Positions 55,974-64,000 of a stretch of 64,000 nucleotides of DNA are shown piece after piece. The position numbers and the translations under genes are program-made. The stretch spans positions 187,156 to 251,155 of the forward strand of contig BLSG01000086.1 in NCBI GenBank assembly GCA_012862495.1. The letters are read 5' to 3'. The first letter of the stretch is position 1. Each line of letters starts with the position of its first letter. This DNA is from Thraustochytrium aureum (taxonomy: Eukaryota). The notes beneath the pieces were generated by a model. The model saw only the letters and a list, made by a program, of their open reading frames with translations, ran no database searches and was not told where the DNA came from.

Positions 55974-58900
55974 ATGTTTGGCGTGACGGCCAAGTCGCAG
56001 CTGTCGCCGAAGAACGTGGAGCAGAAGGATGGCGAGTCGGACAGCGTCTCGACGGATGGCGAAAGCAAGCGGGTCGGCGGGCGCCACAGGCGAAAGCTGA
56101 GCAAGGACGAGATGGAGAGCTCCCTCCGAGCAATCACAGAGCGCGACGGTTTGGACGCGCGCAAGCTCGACCAAATGCGGCGGTTCGCCAAGTTGAACCT
56201 CGAGATGGACCGCCGCGTTCTGGACGACCTCGCCAACCTGCTTCGCAAAAAGTTGATCCTAACCGTGCACCGAAGGCTGGTTCACGCCTACCACGACTGC
56301 TTTCGCGGGTCCGAGGCGGTGGCCTGGCTGGTCACTCACTCGGTCTGCACCGACCCAGACGACGCGAAAAACCTCATGCGCCACCTCCTGTACCGTCGGA
56401 TCATCCTCCGCGTCGACCACACCAAGCCCATGTTTAACAGCGTGATCCAATCGATGGCGCCCGGTCTCGCGCAGTGGCGCCGCAAAAAGCAGCTCCAGTG
56501 GTACCAAGACGGGGCGAGGCAGTACAACATGGCCGCGCTATACACCTTCAATGTGAGCGCGTTCGCCCAGTACCGCCTCGTCGTCCGTGTCGTCAGTGCC
56601 AGGGGCCTGCGCTACACGCGACACNNNNNNNNNNNNNNNNNNNNNNNNNNNNNNNNNNNNNNNNNNNNNNNNNNNNNNNNNNNNNNNNNNNNNNNNNNNN
56701 NNNNNNNNNNNNNNNNNNNNNNNNNNNNNNNNNNNNNNNNNNNNNNNNNNNNNNNNNNNNNNNNNNNNNNNNNNNNNNNNNNNNNNNNNNNNNNNNNNNN
56801 NNNNNNNGGCCGCTGGGAGAACAAGCGCATCGCGCCGCTCGCCAGCGTCTCGCTCGGAGGGGCCACCGCCAACACCTCCGTGGACGAAAAGACAAGCGAG
56901 CCGCACTGGGACGAGACGATGCTCTTCGATTTCGACAAGTCCCTGAACCGCCACGAAGAGGTCATCATCAAGGTTTACGACTTTCGCGAAGTTGGCGAGT
57001 CGTTCACGCTCGGCGTTTGCTGCGTGTCCACTGCGGAAATCCTCAGCCAGTGCGGCATCGATCCCGACGTGCCGCCCCCGACAAGCACCTACGATGCTCC
57101 CGGCTGGCTTGCATGGCACCCGCTTCTGCCGCCCGCCACGATGGCAGAGCCCGACGAGGTCCGCGGCGGCTCTGTGCAGGTGCAGTTTCAAATTCTCACC
57201 AATGTCGCCGAGAGTGCAGACGAGACAGTGCACGACGAGTGCCGCCCTGCGAGCCGCGATGCCGCAGAGGCCGGCTCCACCGGCGTGACGGACGAAGAAC
57301 TCGCAATCTCCAACCGGTCGCGCGGCGCCCCGCTCCCGAAAACCGTGCTAAAGTACCAGCACCTTGACCGCCGTCCGTCTGGCGAGATCGCCTTGAAGCG
57401 CCCACAGTCGCCTTCGGAAGACGCCAGCCGACGCAACGGCGACAAGGCTGCCGCGAACGGCAAGCCCGAGAACCAGCAGCACTACGACCGGTGGTCCCTG
57501 CACGTCACGAGCATCGAGCTGCATGGCATCAGCGACATTCCTCCGGGCGCAGTTGTCTGGGTGGAGGTCACGGCGCGCACGCCCAAGCGGAGCGCTTTCT
57601 TGACCACCTTACGCAACCGCGCGACCCGGGACCGACGCAAGCCCGTCGATGACACGGGCGTGATCGCCCGCAAGCGCTCCAGCGCCTTCCTCTGGCCCAA
57701 GGACGGCCGCAAGCTGGTTCGTTGCGGGGCCGTGACCTTGATGGTGCCAGACGACGTCCTGCGCTACGTCACAGTCGAGTTCCGCGTGATACGCAAAAAG
57801 GACATCGCAAACAACATGGTGGGCAAGGGCCGCCTCGTGCTCAACCAAGTCCGCAAGGCGGACGAGGACGAAGAAACCGACTCGGAAGACGGAGATGGCG
57901 AGCTCACGGACGTTGAGGAGGCGGGCGAGGCGGCGCCTGATCTGCCCCCCTCTAGCGGTGGTGCCACTGCGCGGCCCGCAGCCGCGCAAGAAGGGGGGGC
58001 GCAGGCCTCTGACGCACCGGGGTCTGCTGGGACGCCAAAGAGTGAGAGTGGCCCCCTCCCCGCTGCTGACACGATGCACTCCCTGCTTGAGGAGAGCGCC
58101 GTGCCTGAAGTTGATGACCTGCCTTTCCAGCGCGCCGTGGTGTCCAGCCACCAGGATGCGCGCATCGTGGTTCTGCGCAAGCAAGCCGCCTTCAAGCGCA
58201 ACATCAAGATCAAGAGCGGCCAGATGCTGTTTTTTGCCAAGCTCAAGCCAATGGTCGCCGACGAGTTCGACGATAGCGATCTCGTGAGCTTGTCCGAGGC
58301 ACACGAGGAGCAGCAGGTCGATATCGAAGACGCGCTGCAGCGCGTGGTGGGCTCGCCCGGCGAGATCCCCGCACCGATCGCTGTACCCGAGCCGTTTGGC
58401 AATGTCTATGTCGACGCCACAATCAATGCGTCCGTGCAACGGTTGGCCATGCTGCTCCTGGGCACAGACTCCAAGTTCGCCAGCGGGTTCGCCAAAGAGC
58501 GAAAAAACACGGAGGTCAAAGTCGGCCCCTGGAAGCTCCCAGATGCTTACAAGGAGCGCAGCAACTCGGACAGCGCCGAGGAGCTAGATGACGAGGACGA
58601 CGCCGCGGAGGAGGTCGCCGAGGATGCCGAGGTCGCCAACAGCGAGGAGGCCAGCAGTGACGGCACTTTGGCGAAGAGCGCCACGAGCGCATCGACCGCC
58701 CAAGACCAACAGGCAGGCCCCGACGCGCTGGAGTCCGTGCTGCGAGTGAGGAGCGCAGAGCAACCCGCTTCGGAGCGCGTCATGGACCCCCGCCTCGTCA
58801 GGAGCACACAAGCAAGCTCGGTTCTCGCTCCGGACGCTGAGGACCAGGTCAAGGAGACGCGGTCGCGGTCACGGGGGTCCTCGTTTTCGTCTGCGGTCAG

Positions 58901-59588
58901 CGAGGCTGATGCTGCGCCGGAGGCCGAGCCGGGCCACCCGTCGCGCGTGCTCACGTTCATGCTTCCGGCGTCGGCCCTGACCAAAGCCGCCGAGTGCACT
59001 GAGACGCAGGAGATCCTGCAGATCGAGCCGGGCGGCTTTGTGTACACGAGCACGAGCGAGACGCCGACCGTCCCGTACGGCGACCGGTTTTTCACGCGCT
59101 CGCAGTTCGTCATCACCTACCTGAGCGCGAATGAGTCGCGCCTGCGAATCAGCGGCGAGGCGGTCTGGAAGGAGAAGGGTCCTCCCGGTTTCCCCATCAA
59201 GGGCCTCATCCTGAACGGCGTCAAGACTGGCCACTCAGAGGCCTACAGCGCGCTCGTGACCCTGCTCCGCGAGTGGGTTACGCCGCGCCGCGTCGCCAAA
59301 TCCAAGCCGGCCAAGAAGAAAAAGACTTCGCGAGATGGCGAGGACGACGACACTGCCGCTGCGGCCTCCGCTGGGCGTTTGGGCCGTTGGCTGAGGATCA
59401 TCCTCGCCCTCGTCTTCGTATGCATTACAATCTGCGCGCTGCTCCTCGCGGCCGTCCACTTCCATCTCGTGGACCGTGCCCGCGTCCAATCGACACTTGA
59501 CGAGGTTTCGGCCTCGTTGACTGGTGCGTTCGAGCGTTGGAGCCCTGTTGCCTCACCGTTCGCAGCAGCGCAGGACTCTGTACAATAA
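55974..59588 (+). CDS. DEP-C2-C2-VASt(StART-like)-TM membrane-contact-site lipid transfer protein
   Basis: DEP: HRRLVHAYHDCFRGSEAVAWL..A..LMRHLL...LYTF. C2: YRLVVRVVSARGL..TSEPHWDETMLF..IKVYD..LG. A second C2-like segment starts at WSLHVTSIELHGI. VASt: TPTVPYGDRFFTRSQF..SRLRIS..V.W...IKGLI. C-terminal TM: IILALVFVCITICALLLAAVHF. Confidence 0.82.
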   Translation: MFGVTAKSQLSPKNVEQKDGESDSVSTDGESKRVGGRHRRKLSKDEMESSLRAITERDGLDARKLDQMRRFAKLNLEMDRRVLDDLANLLRKKLILTVHRRLVHAYHDCFRGSEAVAWLVTHSVCTDPDDAKNLMRHLLYRRIILRVDHTKPMFNSVIQSMAPGLAQWRRKKQLQWYQDGARQYNMAALYTFNVSAFAQYRLVVRVVSARGLRYTRHXXXXXXXXXXXXXXXXXXXXXXXXXXXXXXXXXXXXXXXXXXXXXXXXXXXXXXXXXXXXXGRWENKRIAPLASVSLGGATANTSVDEKTSEPHWDETMLFDFDKSLNRHEEVIIKVYDFREVGESFTLGVCCVSTAEILSQCGIDPDVPPPTSTYDAPGWLAWHPLLPPATMAEPDEVRGGSVQVQFQILTNVAESADETVHDECRPASRDAAEAGSTGVTDEELAISNRSRGAPLPKTVLKYQHLDRRPSGEIALKRPQSPSEDASRRNGDKAAANGKPENQQHYDRWSLHVTSIELHGISDIPPGAVVWVEVTARTPKRSAFLTTLRNRATRDRRKPVDDTGVIARKRSSAFLWPKDGRKLVRCGAVTLMVPDDVLRYVTVEFRVIRKKDIANNMVGKGRLVLNQVRKADEDEETDSEDGDGELTDVEEAGEAAPDLPPSSGGATARPAAAQEGGAQASDAPGSAGTPKSESGPLPAADTMHSLLEESAVPEVDDLPFQRAVVSSHQDARIVVLRKQAAFKRNIKIKSGQMLFFAKLKPMVADEFDDSDLVSLSEAHEEQQVDIEDALQRVVGSPGEIPAPIAVPEPFGNVYVDATINASVQRLAMLLLGTDSKFASGFAKERKNTEVKVGPWKLPDAYKERSNSDSAEELDDEDDAAEEVAEDAEVANSEEASSDGTLAKSATSASTAQDQQAGPDALESVLRVRSAEQPASERVMDPRLVRSTQASSVLAPDAEDQVKETRSRSRGSSFSSAVSEADAAPEAEPGHPSRVLTFMLPASALTKAAECTETQEILQIEPGGFVYTSTSETPTVPYGDRFFTRSQFVITYLSANESRLRISGEAVWKEKGPPGFPIKGLILNGVKTGHSEAYSALVTLLREWVTPRRVAKSKPAKKKKTSRDGEDDDTAAAASAGRLGRWLRIILALVFVCITICALLLAAVHFHLVDRARVQSTLDEVSASLTGAFERWSPVASPFAAAQDSVQ

Positions 59589-59827
59589 ACAAACGCTCCC
59601 ATCAATCATCTACCTACAAATCGCCAATCGTCGCCGCCTCCGCCGGCGCGAGGCTGACGCGGCTGCCGTCCATTCCATCCCTCGACTCGACTCGAGCTCG
59701 AGTCGACCAGCTCGCACGAACTTTGGCGCTCGAGTGGGTCCGCAGCCGCGCCAGTTCGAGGTCGCGCACCCGCAGGCACTGGCGCAGGCGCTCGGCCAGG
59801 CACTCAGCCAGGCACACGAGCGAGCGA

Positions 59828-59862
59828 GCAGGCAGGCTGGCAGGCAGGCAGGCAGGCAGGCA
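59828..59862 (+). repeat. (GCAG)n microsatellite upstream of the ING-SGF29 gene
   Basis: gcaggcaggctggcaggcaggcaggcaggcaggca. Confidence 0.85.
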
Positions 59863-59984
59863 GTGGCGGTCAGGCAGGCACTGGCGGGCAGGGAGGCACC
59901 GGCGGGCAGGTACTGGCGGGCAGACCCTGCGGCAAGGCTTTTTGGATTGGACGACGCTGCGCTGTAACGTGAGCGGCGGGCAGA

Positions 59985-60939
59985 ATGCTGAGCACGCAAC
60001 AGGCCGAGGGCTATGGGAACTCGGGCGAAGGGTCCGGGAGCGTGCTGGAGGAGTATATGGACTCGCTTTTGATCATGCCCGTGGGGATAAGGAGGTATAT
60101 CAGCCTTCTGCGGGAGCTGGACGCAAAGTGCAACGTGGAGCTCGGCCACATCAAGGAGCTGCAGGCAACTCTCGTGCAGCGCGCACAGGAGAGGACAGCG
60201 AGCGCTAGCTCGGCTTCAGAACGCGGGAGGATCCTGCGCGAGATGCGCGAGAGCGCTGACTTCAAAAACCTAGACGAACTCCGCGCACGCCTGCGACAAA
60301 AGATAGCAGAGAAACGGTCTGTTGCGGACCAGCTTTTTGACATGTCGGAGCAAAACCTGAAGCGTTTGCGGGGAGGACATCAAGTACCTCGAAGACCTGT
60401 TCCGCTCCACAGGCGAGCTGCCCGACCTTGGTTTTTCCGTCGGTCGTCAAGTGGCGGCCTGGACCGGGTCGCACGAGGTTTGGATTCTCGCCAAGATCGT
60501 GCAGTACTCGCACGCAAACCCAGACCAGATCGTCGTTGCAGACGCCGACAACGCTGACGCCCGATTCACGCTTGCTCCCAAGTATGTGGCCGTTCTGCCG
60601 GAGAAGGAGACGCTCAGCGCCGCCAAGTCGCGGCTCGCTCCGCGCGGGCGCAAGGTCTGGGCAATGTATCCCGAAACGACGAGTTTTTACCAAGGCACGC
60701 TTGTAGGACTTCCGCACAAGGAGGGCTCTGGGGGCGGCGCGGGAGGTGGCGGCGGCGGGGTTGGAGCTGGCTCGCGCGGAGGCGCTGGTGGCGGGGCAAT
60801 TGCGGGCGCGCCAGACTCGAGCAGACCGCCGGGTGCGCTCCTGTGCACTGTCCAGTTTGACGATGACACTGACGCCAACGGCGAGCCGCTCAAGCACGTT
60901 ATTCTGGCAAAGTTTGTGTTCCCCTCAGAGCAAACCTGA
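59985..60939 (+). CDS. ING N-terminal domain fused to SGF29 tandem Tudor domain (1-nt frameshift ~60370)
   Basis: ING: LEEYMDSLLIMPVGIRRYISLLRELDAKC..IAEKRSVADQLFDM.EQNLKRL. Removing one G from GGGG gives REDIKYLE..GRQVAA..WILAKIVQY..VWAMYPETTSFYQG..VQFDDD, the SGF29 Tudor motifs. Confidence 0.82.
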
Positions 60940-61951
60940 TGGTACTCGCGCCAGTACATCACACTCGCACACGAGTTACCATGNNNNNNNNNNNNNNNNN
61001 NNNNNNNNNNNNNNNNNNNNNNNNNNNNNNNNNNNNNNNNNNNNNNNNNNNNNNNNNNNNNNNNNNNNNNNNNNNNNNNNNNNNNNNNNNNNNNNNNNNN
61101 NNNNNNNNNNNNNNNNNNNNNNNNNNNNNNNNNNNNNNNNNNNNNNNNNNNNNNNNNNCCAGGATCGCACTGTGTGGCGCTCGCTACAGCCGCCTCGGCG
61201 CTGGACGGCGCGTCGGGCTGCAACCATGTGGCACCCGCACCGCTCGGAACTATGGGTGGCCAACGTGGTCATGAAGCACCGCGAATCTGGTCAGCCGTGC
61301 AGCTCTCGCGCATTGGCGATCTTCAAGCTCGTGCGCCTGGCCCTGGTCTTATGCTTGCTCTCACTCTCTTTCTCTCTACTGGTGAGAGTTAATCCGGTTG
61401 ACGAGAACGCCGCCACGGTCGAAAGCCACGGCCGAGACGAGGGCCGCTCGGTTTTTGGTTCGTTGCCGAACCGACCTCGGTGCCTCTTGATGTACCTCCT
61501 TGTGGTTGGCGTGTAAACTACGCCAAGCTAAATGAGACGGGAGGCGCGGCCTCAAAAGACGAGCCTCTTGATCAACGATGAGCCACCAAGAGGGTCGCCC
61601 GGTTCGCCAACGACAACGGTTGCCAGTGGCCATCAACCAGGCCAGCACAGCTCTGCTGCCGGCCAGGTAAACGATGCACGCTCCGTCGCGCGACTGCCCG
61701 GCAACACACGAGCGGTGCAAGCAGTTTCCAGCTCTCTCGGCGGCCAGTCGGACCAGCGCCACCGAGGCTGGCCTGCACAGGCCCACGTTGGCGTAAATTG
61801 ATTTCTTGAAAGAGCACATGAATCAAATGCAAGCATCGTGTTGAGTACTATGAAGCGAGCGCGAGTTGACCTGAGGAGGCGGGTGGGGGGCTTGCTTTGG
61901 CTAGAGTTTTTCCGCGCTGGTGAGAAATCCATGCGCTGCGACCCAAGTCGC

Positions 61952-63412
61952 TCAGATTTGCTGGTAGCCCCCAGAACGGCCGCGTGAGACGGCGGCAAAT
62001 ATGAGCGCGCCCACTGCGACGAGGGCAAAGATAGATGAGAGCGAGAACAAGGAGGACCCTTCTGCATCGTCCGCCGGGGCAACGTCTACCTTGGCCGCGT
62101 TGGATACCGCTAGTTTGGCCTCCATCGGCATCGCGTTCGGGTTGACAAACGTGCCCGCCTCGTGGTGGTTGTGGGCCTCGTTAAAGTGCTTGTAGTCGCA
62201 CTGCATTTGCCACGCCCCGCCGTGAGCCGAGACGTAGTCCTCGTACTGCTTGCGCAGGTCACCGAGCGCGGTCTCCGGCTGGAACTCGTTGAGCGAGCCG
62301 TCCGCCGGGTTCCACCAGTAGCTCCGCACGGAGAAGACCTTGCGCGAGCCGTCGTTCGGATCGGGCGAGGCGTGCAGCTCCCAAATGAAGGTCGTACCCG
62401 AGACGACGCGCCCCTTGGGCTGGCCCTGCATGGACGTCTCCCAGCCAAACATGTGCTCGAGCCCGTACATGAGCTCGCGCGAGCAGCTAAACAGGCGCAA
62501 CAGCGGCATCTTCTTGGGGCGCGACTTGGTGGCAGGCAGGTCGGCCCACTTCTGAAACGACGAGAGAAGGTTGCTCGCAAAGTCCCCCACAAAGTAGATG
62601 GCGCCCCGCGGGTCGTCGTAGTGGCTGCGCTCCTGCAGCTCGAAGGCGAGGCGAGTCAGCTTCTCGTGCAGCTCAGGCGTGATCGATTCAGGAAGCTTGA
62701 CGCCGCACGAGAAAGCCGAGTCGAGCGTGTCGCTGATGTCCCCGAGCCAGGCGTGCGGGTTCGGGCCGCCGGGCTCGGCATTGACCGGGTTTTCCTTCAA
62801 CCCGGACACGTTGCAGATCTTCTCAAAGGGGGCAATCTCGTCCCAGTGCTTGCGCACGAGCTCTTTGCCCTGCGTCTTGTGCCACTCCACAATCATGTCT
62901 GCTGTCAGCTTGCCACAAGCTGGCGCCGGACCGCCGAGGGCCGTGTCTTGGAGGCGGGGCACAACAGACACCGGGACGGGCTCGTTCGGGAAAATGCCCA
63001 GGGCAACCGCAGCCATTGACCTCTGCTGCCGGTACCCCATGCGCGCAACAAAGTCCCAGTCTGCGAGGCTCGACTGGTAGTCCTTGCCGACAAAGTTGTT
63101 CGGAGCTTGCTCGTCGCCCCAGTGCTTGCCTTCAATGTAGCGCTCGCGAAGGAAAACGCCGACGTCGCGCATGCGCTGGACCCCAAGCGGCGTCAGGCGC
63201 CCAGGGAGCGCCTCAAAGTCCTCGACAACCTTGGACACGCTGGGCCAGAGCTTCTTGCATGACTGCTGCGTAATGATCTTGTCTGGTGCGCGCTCCCCGT
63301 GCCTGGTCAGCGTCTGCACCATCACGAGCTCCCCATTCGCCAGCCCCGCGACGACAGCGGCAACGGCCACAACTGCCCTCGCCGTCCACGAATATCCGCG
63401 CGTCCCGCCCAT
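61952..63412 (-). CDS. Type-I membrane histidine acid phosphatase (lysosomal acid phosphatase-like)
   Basis: Signal peptide, RHGERAP, GRLTPLG...G.FLRERY, C-terminal TM (IFALVAVGALIFAAV) and terminal GYQQI (YxxPhi) motif. Confidence 0.87.
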   Translation of the reverse strand: MGGTRGYSWTARAVVAVAAVVAGLANGELVMVQTLTRHGERAPDKIITQQSCKKLWPSVSKVVEDFEALPGRLTPLGVQRMRDVGVFLRERYIEGKHWGDEQAPNNFVGKDYQSSLADWDFVARMGYRQQRSMAAVALGIFPNEPVPVSVVPRLQDTALGGPAPACGKLTADMIVEWHKTQGKELVRKHWDEIAPFEKICNVSGLKENPVNAEPGGPNPHAWLGDISDTLDSAFSCGVKLPESITPELHEKLTRLAFELQERSHYDDPRGAIYFVGDFASNLLSSFQKWADLPATKSRPKKMPLLRLFSCSRELMYGLEHMFGWETSMQGQPKGRVVSGTTFIWELHASPDPNDGSRKVFSVRSYWWNPADGSLNEFQPETALGDLRKQYEDYVSAHGGAWQMQCDYKHFNEAHNHHEAGTFVNPNAMPMEAKLAVSNAAKVDVAPADDAEGSSLFSLSSIFALVAVGALIFAAVSRGRSGGYQQI

Positions 63413-64000
63413 CAGCTCGATCACTTTTTTAAAAGCGCCGAGGACCCCGTCCGACGAAAAATCCACAAGCCCGCACCAGGTCCGCCGAGGCCTTCGCCGT
63501 GCAGCAAACGTNNNNNNNNNNNNNNNNNNNNNNNNNNNNNNNNNNNNNNNNNNNNNNNNNNNNNNNNNNNNNNNNNNNNNNNNNNNNNNNNNNNNNNNNN
63601 NNNNNNNNNNNNNNNNNNNNNNNNNNNNNNNNNNNNNNNNNNNNNNNNNNNNNNNNNNNNNNNNNNNNNNNNNNNNNNNNNNNNNNNNNNNNNNNNNNNN
63701 NNNNNNNNNNNNNNNNNNNNNNNNNNNNNNNNNNNNNNNNNNNNNNNNNNNNNNNNNNNNNNNNNNNNNNNNNNNNNNNNNNNNNNNNNNNNNNNNNNNN
63801 NNNNNNNNNNNNNNNNNNNNNNNNNNNNNNNNNNNNNNNNNNNNNNNNNNNNNNNNNNNNNNNNNNNNNNNNNNNNNNNNNNNNNNNNNNNNNNNNNNNN
63901 NTAGCGCAGGAGGACACGGCGGGCGGTGCCACTCGACGCGGCTGGGCGCAAGAGGGCGGAAGAGCGATCGCTTGCGGCGCCAACGCCACGAGGGCCCGCG

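Noticed and set aside
1856..59588. Lipid-metabolism gene cluster (perilipin-like, TMEM14, PAP2, VASt)
   Set aside because: The genes are 12-23 kb apart and interspersed with unrelated housekeeping genes.
2869..60939. Pseudogene cluster or programmed ribosomal frameshifting
   Set aside because: The shifts go in both directions at short homopolymers with no common signal, and catalytic motifs are intact, so sequencing error is more parsimonious.
61159..61940. Gene between ING-SGF29 and the acid phosphatase
   Set aside because: Only short ORFs without codon bias or motifs.
836..63989. ORFs consisting largely of X
   Set aside because: Artefacts of reading through N gaps; frame continuity across gaps cannot be verified.

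Overview
This is gene-dense, GC-rich eukaryotic DNA from a gappy draft assembly with many N-runs. It has few, short GT-AG introns and about 25 tightly packed genes. A perilipin/TLDP1-like lipid-droplet gene, flagellar genes and the compact layout suggest a flagellated protist such as a thraustochytrid (inference). Recognisable genes are: perilipin-like protein, ULK4/RUNKEL kinase, ankyrin-repeat protein, M17 leucyl aminopeptidase, TMEM14/FAX, RPL14, UTP4, ARL3-like GTPase, PAP2 phosphatase, UPRT, HAD-like protein, GMC oxidoreductase, WDR60/DYNC2I1, TTC9-like TPR protein, TPT-family transporter and histidine acid phosphatase. At least 14 single-base frameshifts, mostly in short homopolymers, split otherwise intact genes and are most likely sequencing errors. 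The most interesting items are unusual domain architectures: (1) an ING N-terminal domain joined to an SGF29 tandem Tudor instead of a PHD finger; (2) a HET/TIR-like domain fused to TPR repeats with no NLR NTPase; (3) a DEP-C2-C2-VASt-TM lipid-transfer protein; (4) a large surface receptor with ShKT, FN2, beta-helix, Cys-rich and multi-TM modules; (5) a small ORF whose in-frame TGA precedes a clean tail anchor. I found no rRNA, tRNA, CRISPR array or recognisable mobile element. All family assignments are by eye from motifs, not from database searches.
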